Source: a virus
Virus record (IMG/VR): IMGVR_UViG_3300027702_000001
Direction: 5' to 3' (one strand)
Length of the DNA stretch: 64,000 nt
Within the stretch, counting starts at the first letter, position 1, and each line of letters begins with the position of its first letter. Positions 7,100 through 15,549 of the stretch are shown here, one piece after another. The position numbers and the translations under genes were made by a program. Under the pieces are notes generated by a model. It saw nothing but the letters and a program-made list of their open reading frames with translations. It was not told the origin of the DNA and did no database searches.

Positions 7100-8353
7100 T
7101 TATGCAACTAGCGACTCGGGGTGAATACCGTGGACGAAAATTGCATCTACCACTCTCTGAAGACGTGTTGCGATGTGCTTACCATAGTTCGTATAGGTTG
7201 GTACTGTCACATAACCAGTTGATTTACGATACATCTTAAGGTTACCCGCTGTCAGTTCACCTGAGCGAATACGCTTAGCGTCCTCTTTATGTAGTCTGAT
7301 AACACGTCCAATGGTCTGTGCCATTTCGACTGTTGCCAACTGTCTCAACAAAATAGTATGAGTTAGACCGTGAACATTGATACCTTCAGATAGGATAGAG
7401 TAATGGAAGATGATAAACTTACGGTCATCATCACGTCCGAACTCATCCATAGTATTGAAGAATTGCTCACGGTTCACTTTCTTGTCATTGACATATGCAC
7501 CGAACTTACTAGTCACGTGTAGAACATCGTAACCGCGTTTCTTCAACTCTGATAGCAAGTTGGTCTGACCTAGCATATTACCTAGGATCTTAGAACTAGG
7601 AACTGCACATAACACTTTCTGTGCATTCTTGTCATCAAGATTGTCAAGTACATCGAGAACTGTTTGTGCATCAGTATCCCAACTCATTTTCTTGACTCTC
7701 TCAATATCTTGCTCAAATGGAACAATAGTTGGGGGGATGATAGCACCGCTGTCAATCAATTCTGGTGCAGGTACTTGCTCAATGATAGTACCATAAACAA
7801 TTTGATTGTTCATACCACGGTTATGCCTACGTGCGATTCGTGGTGTTGCTGTGAAGAAATAGCAACGTTTTGCTGTTTCGCTGATCTCTTCAGTTGATTC
7901 GAAGAAATTACGTGATACACTATTGTGTGCTTCATCAAAATATGCTACATCAATGTCAATGCCAGACTCAACAACCCTTCTCAATGAGTGGTATGTTGTG
8001 AATATAACGTGAGTTGCAACTGCACTATTCTGTTTGTTATTCTCAATGAATTTTGCAATTTTCTCAGGTTTTGTGCCTGACTCGTGATGAGTCTCTCCAG
8101 AGTGGACGTGATAGACGTGAACCCAATCTGCCTTAAGGAACTGCATAAACTCCTCACTCAACTGATTAGCGAGTAGGATACGAGGTGCAACAACTACAAT
8201 GGTGCTGTTGCTGTTAGTGTTGAGCGTCCTTAGAGCATCATAGATCATACACATTGTCTTACCACCACCTGTAGGGATGATGATCTGACCTTTAGTCTCA
8301 CGCTTCATAGCGTCTACTGCTCTCTGTTGGTGCTTGCGAAGATTAACGCTCAA
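7100..8353 (-). CDS. Superfamily 2 helicase (ResIII/DEAH-like), TTG start revised
   Basis: Motifs IPTGGGKT, FDEAH, FTATP, LSEGIN, QTIGRVIR; AGGAG RBS before TTG at 8353. Confidence 0.9.
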   Translation of the reverse strand: MSVNLRKHQQRAVDAMKRETKGQIIIPTGGGKTMCMIYDALRTLNTNSNSTIVVVAPRILLANQLSEEFMQFLKADWVHVYHVHSGETHHESGTKPEKIAKFIENNKQNSAVATHVIFTTYHSLRRVVESGIDIDVAYFDEAHNSVSRNFFESTEEISETAKRCYFFTATPRIARRHNRGMNNQIVYGTIIEQVPAPELIDSGAIIPPTIVPFEQDIERVKKMSWDTDAQTVLDVLDNLDDKNAQKVLCAVPSSKILGNMLGQTNLLSELKKRGYDVLHVTSKFGAYVNDKKVNREQFFNTMDEFGRDDDRKFIIFHYSILSEGINVHGLTHTILLRQLATVEMAQTIGRVIRLHKEDAKRIRSGELTAGNLKMYRKSTGYVTVPTYTNYGKHIATRLQRVVDAIFVHGIHPESLVA

Positions 8354-8378
8354 ATGTCTCTCCTGATCTGTTACCAAC

Positions 8379-8438
8379 AGTATAGCACCAAAAAACCCAC
8401 CGATGGGGGGATCGATGGGTCAGTTGTTTGATTGTCAC
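8379..8438 (-). promoter_or_regulatory. Early-type promoter of the helicase
   Basis: GGGTCAGT-N6-ATTGTCAC at 8417-8438, 32 bp from TATACT. Confidence 0.65.
8390..8419 (-). terminator. Intrinsic terminator within promoter spacer
   Basis: CCCATCGAT-cccccc-ATCGGTGGG plus T6. Confidence 0.75.
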
Positions 8439-8442
8439 ACGG

Positions 8443-8598
8443 TCAGAACATATCTCTGCAGATTCGTTTGCATTCAGTCTGGTGTGGTTCAATCGAGCAT
8501 TCGATTAAGCAATTAAAATAATCGTCGATTAGTTCTTCATCCTTTTGTGATTGACTAGACCATTCAACAAGTTGCTCTTTCGCCATTAAGTTGTGCAT
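8443..8598 (-). CDS. 51-aa protein with twin CxxxC motif
   Basis: Manual translation MHNLMAKEQLVEWS...DYFNCLIECSIEPHQTECKRICRDMF; GGAG RBS. Confidence 0.7.
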   Translation of the reverse strand: MHNLMAKEQLVEWSSQSQKDEELIDDYFNCLIECSIEPHQTECKRICRDMF

Positions 8599-8703
8599 AG
8601 TTGTTACTCCAAATTTTATACCATAATGTAGAACATACTGGATGCATTGTGCCCTCGTTAATTCTACTAGTATTTAGATTGTTCTGGAATCATAACACAA
8701 TAA

Positions 8704-8719
8704 TGTAACGATGAATACA
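8704..8719. promoter_or_regulatory. NtcA-like site
   Basis: TGTA-ACGATGAA-TACA, a perfect TGTA-N8-TACA in an intergenic gap. Confidence 0.35.
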
Positions 8720-8734
8720 TTTTGTTACTTATCG

Positions 8735-9058
8735 TTACTTGTTTCGATCTGTCTCCCAGTAGTATGATGAGTGCTCGTAACTGTCTTGTTGATGTCCGTC
8801 AAAGAATGCTGAGTTATCTGTGAATGAGATAACACCGTCTCCGAGGGAATCGAGATCTCGCCTAATATGTCCACCATTGTTTTTTTGAATGAATCGCAAG
8901 TCATCGGATTGTTGCAAGGTGTGTTGCCTTTCGAGTTCATAGATTACAGTATTCAGATTTGACTGTAGGTATTCTGTGAAGTCACAACTCTTCACTTTCT
9001 CGTGCATCAGTTTCGCCAGAGAGATCATCAGTTCGTAGTCCGTGTTCGATTGATTCAT
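8735..9058 (-). CDS. Hypothetical protein
   Basis: ORF track; overlaps upstream ORF by 77 nt. Confidence 0.55.
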   Translation of the reverse strand: MNQSNTDYELMISLAKLMHEKVKSCDFTEYLQSNLNTVIYELERQHTLQQSDDLRFIQKNNGGHIRRDLDSLGDGVISFTDNSAFFDGHQQDSYEHSSYYWETDRNK

Positions 9059-9206
9059 TTACAAAATCCTGTAGTTGTTCCTGTGTTAAATTGTTTAGAA
9101 AATTCCACATAGGGTCATTTCTGTCCCAGTCAAGAGTAACCTGACCGTCATCCACTTGTATCTTAAGCGAATCCCCTGCTTTTCCCTCCTTTTGTTCGTT
9201 TGGCAT
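8982..9206 (-). CDS. Hypothetical protein (start revised)
   Basis: MPNEQKEG start preceded by GAGG. Confidence 0.55.
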   Translation of the reverse strand: MPNEQKEGKAGDSLKIQVDDGQVTLDWDRNDPMWNFLNNLTQEQLQDFVNESIEHGLRTDDLSGETDARESEEL

Positions 9207-9375
9207 CAATAACCTCGATGTGTGAAATGTGAAAATGGAAGTTCCACCAAGCGGTTTGGACTTCCTCGTAAGACTCCACGATTTTAACTGAATTGTCTTT
9301 GCACCATATTTTATACCAATGACGGTCATATGGCAAGTCAGACGTGGATTTGAAAAACTCAGGCAATGCGTTCAT
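9163..9375 (-). CDS. Conserved cyanophage hypothetical protein (start revised)
   Basis: PYDRHWYK...SYEEVQTAWWN motif typical of cyanomyovirus small ORFs. Confidence 0.65.
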   Translation of the reverse strand: MNALPEFFKSTSDLPYDRHWYKIWCKDNSVKIVESYEEVQTAWWNFHFHISHIEVIDAKRTKGGKSRGFA

Positions 9376-9568
9376 AAGACCAATGGGGATCATCGTCACC
9401 GTCAGACCAGATCCAGACTTCTGGATTGTGCTTAGATGACATAAACATACGTCCATCCTGTCTACGTTCTTGAATTTCGCAGATCGGATTGTTATTCATC
9501 AGTTCAACGAACTGTTTCTTTGTTCGGTCAGATTTTGGTGTGACCTTCACCAATTTCCTCAAGGGCAT
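9359..9568 (-). CDS. Hypothetical protein
   Basis: ORF track; VTPKSDRTKKQF...MNNNP. Confidence 0.65.
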   Translation of the reverse strand: MPLRKLVKVTPKSDRTKKQFVELMNNNPICEIQERRQDGRMFMSSKHNPEVWIWSDGDDDPHWSYERIA

Positions 9569-9704
9569 TTTCTAATTTTTGATAAAGATCATTATATTTG
9601 ATACCGAGAAGTCCTTCCCAGTTCTGTTGTGACTTGTCATCAAGCATTTGCATTGCTGACATACATCCTAACAGTTCCTTAGGTGTGAGTGCGAGATTGT
9701 TCAT
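9528..9704 (-). CDS. 58-aa hypothetical protein
   Basis: Manual translation MNNLALTPKELLGCMSAMQMLDD... Confidence 0.55.
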   Translation of the reverse strand: MNNLALTPKELLGCMSAMQMLDDKSQQNWEGLLGIKYNDLYQKLENALEEIGEGHTKI

Positions 9705-9822
9705 TTGTGAATTTCTGGCATTGATCGGGTTTCTCTTGTATTGTAGCAGATTTTGGTTTGTCGTGTGCGTAATAAATCAAAATCTCCTCATACATATCTT
9801 CGTCATATTCTGTGTGTTTCAT
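9679..9822 (-). CDS. 47-aa hypothetical protein
   Basis: Manual translation MKHTEYDEDMYEEILIYY...; ATGA coupling. Confidence 0.5.
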   Translation of the reverse strand: MKHTEYDEDMYEEILIYYAHDKPKSATIQEKPDQCQKFTNEQSRTHT

Positions 9823-10148
9823 CGGTCTTCGATCGGTGGTAACATCTCATTTCCTGGGTGGTCATTGGTTTTTCCCTTGTAATTCTTTACATTTTTAAAG
9901 GAAGAATCATCAATTTCAAGATCATCCCATTGATGTGGATAAACTAATAAACAACACTTATTAAATGGTTGTCTAAATCCCTTTGGATTAGGTTTCTTTG
10001 AAATACAAAGAGTAATATACAAATCATCAACAAATTCAATCGTGCCCTCGAAACCCTGATACCTTGCAGGCATTCCAACTTCGAGTGATTTTAGTATGTT
10101 TCTGATTTCCAATGGGATAGACTCCGAAATGAATAAGGGTGTTGACAT
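9819..10148 (-). CDS. Conserved cyanophage hypothetical protein
   Basis: EGTIEFVDDLYITLC...CCLLVYPHQW. Confidence 0.7.
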   Translation of the reverse strand: MSTPLFISESIPLEIRNILKSLEVGMPARYQGFEGTIEFVDDLYITLCISKKPNPKGFRQPFNKCCLLVYPHQWDDLEIDDSSFKNVKNYKGKTNDHPGNEMLPPIEDR

Positions 10149-10342
10149 TAATCCTGTTTCAAGTGTAGCAATTCCGTAATCGAATTGACTTCGGCAAGTG
10201 TGTCAGTTAGTGTTGTGTCACTAATCTGTCCATTGTGATGTCTCTTATGTAGAGACGAAATATACAACAGTATCGCTTTGCGTAAAACTGACTGTTGTGT
10301 GTTGTTAAGCATTCTGGTTTTTAAGAACATCGCTCCCCCCAA
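10148..10342 (-). CDS. Hypothetical protein
   Basis: ORF track. Confidence 0.55.
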   Translation of the reverse strand: MGGAMFLKTRMLNNTQQSVLRKAILLYISSLHKRHHNGQISDTTLTDTLAEVNSITELLHLKQD

Positions 10343-10359
10343 GCGAATGTATATACTAT

Positions 10360-11034
10360 TTACAATAGTGGGATAAGTGAAAACTGATCGTCAGGTAAAT
10401 CTGACTGAGTATGAATATCGAATCCCAATGTAATACGAGGTGTGTTAAATTCCTCGTGAACTACAACTCTGTGTTGCCTGTCCCACCCAGGCCCAAAGTA
10501 CACATTGCCCACTTCATTCTTTATATTATAAAGTGGTTTACCGTCTTGTCTGAACTCGGTTGTAGTGTTGTGTGGTTCGATACTAATGTAACCGTGGTAA
10601 TCAAATTTGTGATCGTGCCACTTCAACACCTGATCTGGTGTGTGGTAGTTCATCCAACATTGAAACCATAGTGGTTCATCAGTTTCGAGAGTGCTTCGCA
10701 CAATAGTTTGAAGATCTCTGTTCAATAACCAGAATAGCGGACTCGGGGACGTAAGTGCGAATATGTTATAGAACCGATACCCAGAATGCTTTTCTTTGCC
10801 CCAATTCTTGATAAATTCCTCATCTTCCTTGCGTTTTTCATCATAATCCCATAGACTAGGAAGATTTCCTAATGTCAATCCTTGATCAGTCAGCGATGAA
10901 TCGAATCCTGTAAAGGTATTTTTGAAGAGACGATGTGCTCTTCCCAGTTGTGCGATCATTTCATCCTGTTCGTGAATGATACAGGGTGATCTCCAGAGAG
11001 TCCAATCCTCTCCAGTTTCAAGTAAGGTTGCCAT
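10360..11034 (-). CDS. Putative 2OG-Fe(II) oxygenase (start revised)
   Basis: WMNYH...LKWHDH...HGYISI...QHRV...RITLGFD jelly-roll pattern. Confidence 0.65.
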   Translation of the reverse strand: MATLLETGEDWTLWRSPCIIHEQDEMIAQLGRAHRLFKNTFTGFDSSLTDQGLTLGNLPSLWDYDEKRKEDEEFIKNWGKEKHSGYRFYNIFALTSPSPLFWLLNRDLQTIVRSTLETDEPLWFQCWMNYHTPDQVLKWHDHKFDYHGYISIEPHNTTTEFRQDGKPLYNIKNEVGNVYFGPGWDRQHRVVVHEEFNTPRITLGFDIHTQSDLPDDQFSLIPLL

Positions 11035-11707
11035 AATTAGGATTGTAAGAAGTTCGGGGATCCGTGGGTGTTTTTTCACTCACATTTATATTTACCACTA
11101 AACGTGGATTGACTGTTGAGTAGGATGAACTATGAAATAGATCACCCTTGAAAGCAACCGCTCTGCCCTTCTTAGGGGTGATTCGCTGCTTTTCAGTCCA
11201 AGTATCCTTATCCACCATTGCAGGGTACTCAAAGGCATCCTGAGTTCTCTCGTTGTAGATGATAGTATCACCATCAGTATCATTTAGATAATAGATTACA
11301 TTCCAAGAGTTAGGGACGTAACTATCAATATGTGGCATTTGAACTTGATTGCTTCCCATTGCAGGGACTGCATTGATTCTCATTCGTAGCAAACATTCAG
11401 CACTCAATGCTTCACGGAACTGAAGAGCAAGCGGCATAAACCCATTTGTAAGTGTTGAGCAATGTGACTTGTCACCGTACTCAATTTCATACAAATAATG
11501 TAGGTTAGCGAACCCATTACGAGCGTCACCAATAAACTCGGGGATGTCTGTGATTGCATTGTCCTTACGATACCAAGCGAGGTCTGGATTGTTTGCACAT
11601 AGAAGTAACCAGTCTTGATATACTGGTGGGATAATGTTCTCAAAGACGATTACATCATCCAGTTTCTTATATGCTGTATCAAATGGATTGCTGACTGTCA
11701 GTTTCAT
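11018..11707 (-). CDS. 2OG-Fe(II) oxygenase
   Basis: PHID...IYYLNDTDGDT...PKKGRAVAFKGDLFHSSS...RLVVNIN. Confidence 0.8.
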   Translation of the reverse strand: MKLTVSNPFDTAYKKLDDVIVFENIIPPVYQDWLLLCANNPDLAWYRKDNAITDIPEFIGDARNGFANLHYLYEIEYGDKSHCSTLTNGFMPLALQFREALSAECLLRMRINAVPAMGSNQVQMPHIDSYVPNSWNVIYYLNDTDGDTIIYNERTQDAFEYPAMVDKDTWTEKQRITPKKGRAVAFKGDLFHSSSYSTVNPRLVVNINVSEKTPTDPRTSYNPNYGNLT

Positions 11708-12360
11708 TATGTGTAATAGGGTGATGTGTTGATCATTGATTGTTCATTCTGAATCTGCTGACTTGCTGTTTCCCAAGGTGCTGCCAACATCGGACGACCG
11801 TCCCATTTATTGTCAGCGTATCTACCATTTTGATCCACATATGATACAAATGCCTGTATCTGTAGATCTCCCTGATATTTTGGTCTCCAATGGAAATCTT
11901 TATGTCCTCTGAATACGATCATATCACCTTGATTCATTAATAGGTCATACGATTTACCATCAATTTCTATATAAAATGGCCAATTAGTTTGGTCTCTTGT
12001 TACACATATATTTCCTACCCATTCACCACTTGTTCTGTCTCTGTGTCTAACCAGATTAGTGCCTTTAGTATATACTCTAGCGTAACTAAATGTCTGCCAT
12101 AATTTACATCCAACCACGTCCTCAATCTGTTTCTTAATTACCTGTCCCATTGCTTCAAAACATACTGGTGAGTACATTGCAAAGGCACCTGGCATTATGG
12201 GATCGCTTGTGGGACCTGAAGTTGTCGCTTCAATTATGTCTTTAATCATAATGAATTCGTGCTTCAAATGTTCACAAGTTTCTTGTGATAATGCATTACG
12301 AACTCGCCAAAGTTTACCGTTGGCAAATTCTTCGATTTTCTCGTCGATAACCACTTCCAT
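11707..12360 (-). CDS. 2OG-Fe(II) oxygenase
   Basis: YARVY...LVRHRDR...GDMIVFRG...HWR. Confidence 0.8.
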   Translation of the reverse strand: MEVVIDEKIEEFANGKLWRVRNALSQETCEHLKHEFIMIKDIIEATTSGPTSDPIMPGAFAMYSPVCFEAMGQVIKKQIEDVVGCKLWQTFSYARVYTKGTNLVRHRDRTSGEWVGNICVTRDQTNWPFYIEIDGKSYDLLMNQGDMIVFRGHKDFHWRPKYQGDLQIQAFVSYVDQNGRYADNKWDGRPMLAAPWETASQQIQNEQSMINTSPYYT

Positions 12361-12366
12361 ATAATG

Positions 12367-13026
12367 TTAATTGTTTACAAGATCGTGAGTAATTCCGTGG
12401 AAGAATCCTACAATAGTTAGGCGAGAATCGTGTACATCATTTCCGAAGAAATCCATACCACCGTGAAACTTTCTACCATCAAAGAGTAAGCAACGATTGT
12501 ATCTACTTTCAATACTAATTGATGTTTGATACATCGCATTACATTCTTCTTTATATGTCTCATATGCTGCTGCTGATTCAGCATCATCCTGAGCAAGTAA
12601 TTGTTTCTTGAATTCATCTTCGAAACCTTGTCCACTAAAATGTGGTGGCACATCGTAGATGGTTGTACCACGATCAGGTACAACTCCCTCATTCAAATAG
12701 ATAACCAGACCAACACCCAAGTGTGGTGGGTCAGAATGAATCCATCCACGTTTGTTGTTACCATCACACACGTGAAATGCAATATCAGCAATATCAAATC
12801 CGATGAAAGACGGTAGATATGCTGTAATCTTTCTGCATATGATTTCGTGTAGGATAGGATCAACTCCGTCAAGAAGTTTCGACCTCATCCCAGGCCAATT
12901 GCCCTTATTGGGGTGATCATAGCACCTCCAATACTCTTGTTGTTTTGCTAAATTAACGACCAACGATGGTGTCTCGAAAAAGTTATCGATTATGATAGTT
13001 GGTACATACTCTTCTACGAATTTCAT
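12367..13026 (-). CDS. 2OG-Fe(II) oxygenase-like protein
   Basis: IIIDNFF...WPGMRS...WIHSD...VIYLN...YNRCLLFDG..FH...RLT. Confidence 0.75.
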   Translation of the reverse strand: MKFVEEYVPTIIIDNFFETPSLVVNLAKQQEYWRCYDHPNKGNWPGMRSKLLDGVDPILHEIICRKITAYLPSFIGFDIADIAFHVCDGNNKRGWIHSDPPHLGVGLVIYLNEGVVPDRGTTIYDVPPHFSGQGFEDEFKKQLLAQDDAESAAAYETYKEECNAMYQTSISIESRYNRCLLFDGRKFHGGMDFFGNDVHDSRLTIVGFFHGITHDLVNN

Positions 13027-13739
13027 TTTCTAAACCAAGGGAAAGGGCATTTCTTTTCTTTCTCACCAAAGATAATATCCTTAGCAAGGAATGGTGTGAA
13101 TTGTTTTACTGCTAGACGTTTATGCATCTGCAGTAGCATTTCCTGTGGTGGTACTGATTTAGTTAACTTGAATGACTCTCGTAGATCTCCTTCCTTATAG
13201 AAAGCGAATTTATAAATTGGGTCACCGCGTTTGATTTTTACATCCTGTTCAGAATCACATACATTGATACCAAAAGATATAGGTCGGCACCAATCAGATA
13301 GATTGAACCAACCGTTTACTATTGTAAAGTTATTGTTTCTGCTTGTCAAGGGATAGTCTCTTGCTTCTACCCACACACCTTTCGATTTTGTCCACAACAA
13401 TAATTGTGGTACTGAAATCTGTAGAGTCTTGATAGGTGGTTCTAAATCTTCTACCTTCAAATATTTCTGGATCTGCTGATCACTCAATTCTTTTACTGTG
13501 ATGTATCCTTCTTTATTAATTACAATTGTCAAGTCCTTCGGGTTGTACATAATGAACTCACGTGAGTTCTTATGTGACCAAGCAGGGCATTGCATATATG
13601 GTACGAATTTCTTTCCTTCGTACTCATCAATAACTTTCTTGGGTTCAATACCAATACCATCCAAACTTAGAGGTGAATCCCAACAGTTTAGAATGTCTTG
13701 ACCACCGTCATACTGGTAGTAAAAGATCTCAATGCTCAT
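13023..13739 (-). CDS. Conserved cyanophage protein of the oxygenase/halogenase block
   Basis: CPAW near N-terminus, WCRPI, IKRGDPI, C-terminal CPF; function unknown. Confidence 0.7.
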   Translation of the reverse strand: MSIEIFYYQYDGGQDILNCWDSPLSLDGIGIEPKKVIDEYEGKKFVPYMQCPAWSHKNSREFIMYNPKDLTIVINKEGYITVKELSDQQIQKYLKVEDLEPPIKTLQISVPQLLLWTKSKGVWVEARDYPLTSRNNNFTIVNGWFNLSDWCRPISFGINVCDSEQDVKIKRGDPIYKFAFYKEGDLRESFKLTKSVPPQEMLLQMHKRLAVKQFTPFLAKDIIFGEKEKKCPFPWFRK

Positions 13740-14271
13740 AATTAAAATTTAATGTAATTCTATTTGTAGACCTAGTAGGATTCTGCGATGCGTGGTAAAC
13801 AGAACCATCAAAAATAATGACTTTGCCTGCCTCTGGTTTCTCTCTCCTTATTTCATTGTTCTCTTCATCAAAAAACACCGTCTCACCATCTGCCGAGTTG
13901 ACATAATATAGTGCAGTAGTGTGTGGTCTGTTCATATCGACGTGTGGCATATTGTATGGTGACTTTAGTGCACCTTGTGGTAACAATAGTCCACCCTTGA
14001 TCCTAAACAGATTGTACTCGTGTGTGTCTACGAATGAAAAGAATAGTGGCATAATGATATTACAAAACTCTGAATGAGTATTTGTTTCATCATCGTAAAA
14101 CAAATGTGCGAACCCTTGAGATCCATTTGCATTTGGAAATCGGTTTCGCACTTCATCAGTATCTCTGTATGTGACATCCTCAAGGTATCCCCAAGGAAAT
14201 CCAACGTCTAACATCATTTGCTTGATCCTCAACTGGTAGACAGCAGGGATCACATTACGAATAACACGCAT
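13729..14271 (-). CDS. 2OG-Fe(II) oxygenase
   Basis: PHVD...ALYYVNSADGET...FDGSVYHAS...RITLNFN. Confidence 0.8.
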   Translation of the reverse strand: MRVIRNVIPAVYQLRIKQMMLDVGFPWGYLEDVTYRDTDEVRNRFPNANGSQGFAHLFYDDETNTHSEFCNIIMPLFFSFVDTHEYNLFRIKGGLLLPQGALKSPYNMPHVDMNRPHTTALYYVNSADGETVFFDEENNEIRREKPEAGKVIIFDGSVYHASQNPTRSTNRITLNFNYEH

Positions 14272-14441
14272 TAGTAACTCTGTTCACACTCCTCTAGGTT
14301 TTCTGAATTGCATTCCGACATCGAAATGCTATCTGTATGATACGAATGGTAAATTCTTCCCCATACTACATCGAATTCTTCTTGGTTCAAGTCTTTGAAT
14401 AAAACTTTACCATTGTAATAGACGTGGTACGATTTAGACAT
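14271..14441 (-). CDS. 56-aa conserved hypothetical protein
   Basis: Manual translation MSKSYHVYYNGKVLFKDLNQEEFDVVWGRIYHSY...; GGAG RBS. Confidence 0.65.
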   Translation of the reverse strand: MSKSYHVYYNGKVLFKDLNQEEFDVVWGRIYHSYHTDSISMSECNSENLEECEQSY

Positions 14442-14443
14442 TG

Positions 14444-14767
14444 TTACTCCTCCGTTTCGTTTTCCTCTGATACATTACCAATAATTTCCATTTCTGGATC
14501 TGTTGAGTCAAGTTCTGCCATAGGCATATTGACATCTGTGTCATCACCCATTATATCACGTTTCACAATAAAGAGTGCATCGATAGCACCCTCCAATCTA
14601 GATCTCTGAGCATATGCATCAGATCTCTTTTGAAACTCAACTGTGGTGACACCATATGGATTCAGTTTCTTGTTAGAGAACTCTGTATCGTAGTTGTCGA
14701 TAATTTTATCAACTTCCCCTTTTTGAAGATGGAAGTTTTGAATCAATTCATCAAGTGTAAGACTCAT
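14444..14767 (-). CDS. Hypothetical coiled-coil protein
   Basis: ORF track. Confidence 0.65.
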   Translation of the reverse strand: MSLTLDELIQNFHLQKGEVDKIIDNYDTEFSNKKLNPYGVTTVEFQKRSDAYAQRSRLEGAIDALFIVKRDIMGDDTDVNMPMAELDSTDPEMEIIGNVSEENETEE

Positions 14768-15549
14768 CGGTCAATTCCGTTGCTGTGGTGTTTGATCGCT
14801 CTCATAGCACGAGCGACTTTGTGCGATACATCGTCATCATTAGGATACTCTGCCTTCAATGAGTAATTGAAAGCATTTTCTAGATCCCAATCTTCAGTCG
14901 TTGCATTATCTATACGAATATCATACCAACTCTTGTCAAGTGTTGCTCTTGGCATTGGTATGAATTGTGCTAGAGGTGTCCCTGCTTTAACTAGAGTTTC
15001 ACCATCTAGAACGTGCCAGATAAGTTGCACGTTAACTTGCATAGCAAATCTTGGATCATAGATCCCTGCAGTTGCTTCGAAACGGGACTCATTGTTCCAG
15101 TAAACGGGTGTCTGCATAAAGATCACATCGTCACTCGCTCTCACTCTCCACGGTGTCTCAAGTTTGATAATGTGTGCAAGTGATTCACGTGGACTGTCCA
15201 CTAAGGGTACAGTTTGGTCTGGTGGATGATCACCCACAAAATTCGCGTGTCTCGTGAACATTGTAGGGATTTCATACTCATAACCAACTCCATCACCGTT
15301 TGTACGAATGATGAAATCCATTGGTGCGACTACAACATAACCCATACGAGTGATCTGTTTCAACCCTGGGCAATTTGCTACATTCATATTACCCCGAAAG
15401 GGGCACTTCTTGTTTCGCTCTTCCTTCGATTGCCAACGTCTTCTTACCGAACTCGTTGGTATCAAAGGATAATTCTCAACCAACCCTGGTTCTAGAGAGA
15501 AGAATCGCAACCAAGGTTTCTTCTTCTTATTCCTCAGGAAGTTGAACAT
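14764..15549 (-). CDS. Conserved cyanophage protein of the oxygenase/halogenase block (start revised)
   Basis: CPF, CPG...GY...APMDF, KLETPW, AGTPLAQFIP; resembles 13023..13739 in style. Confidence 0.7.
   Translation of the reverse strand: MFNFLRNKKKKPWLRFFSLEPGLVENYPLIPTSSVRRRWQSKEERNKKCPFRGNMNVANCPGLKQITRMGYVVVAPMDFIIRTNGDGVGYEYEIPTMFTRHANFVGDHPPDQTVPLVDSPRESLAHIIKLETPWRVRASDDVIFMQTPVYWNNESRFEATAGIYDPRFAMQVNVQLIWHVLDGETLVKAGTPLAQFIPMPRATLDKSWYDIRIDNATTEDWDLENAFNYSLKAEYPNDDDVSHKVARAMRAIKHHSNGIDR

Noticed and set aside
1242-8438. Repeat-spacer-like periodicity suggesting a CRISPR array
   Set aside because: Repeats are degenerate, hundreds of bp apart, separated by whole ORFs and tied to -10 boxes; they are promoters
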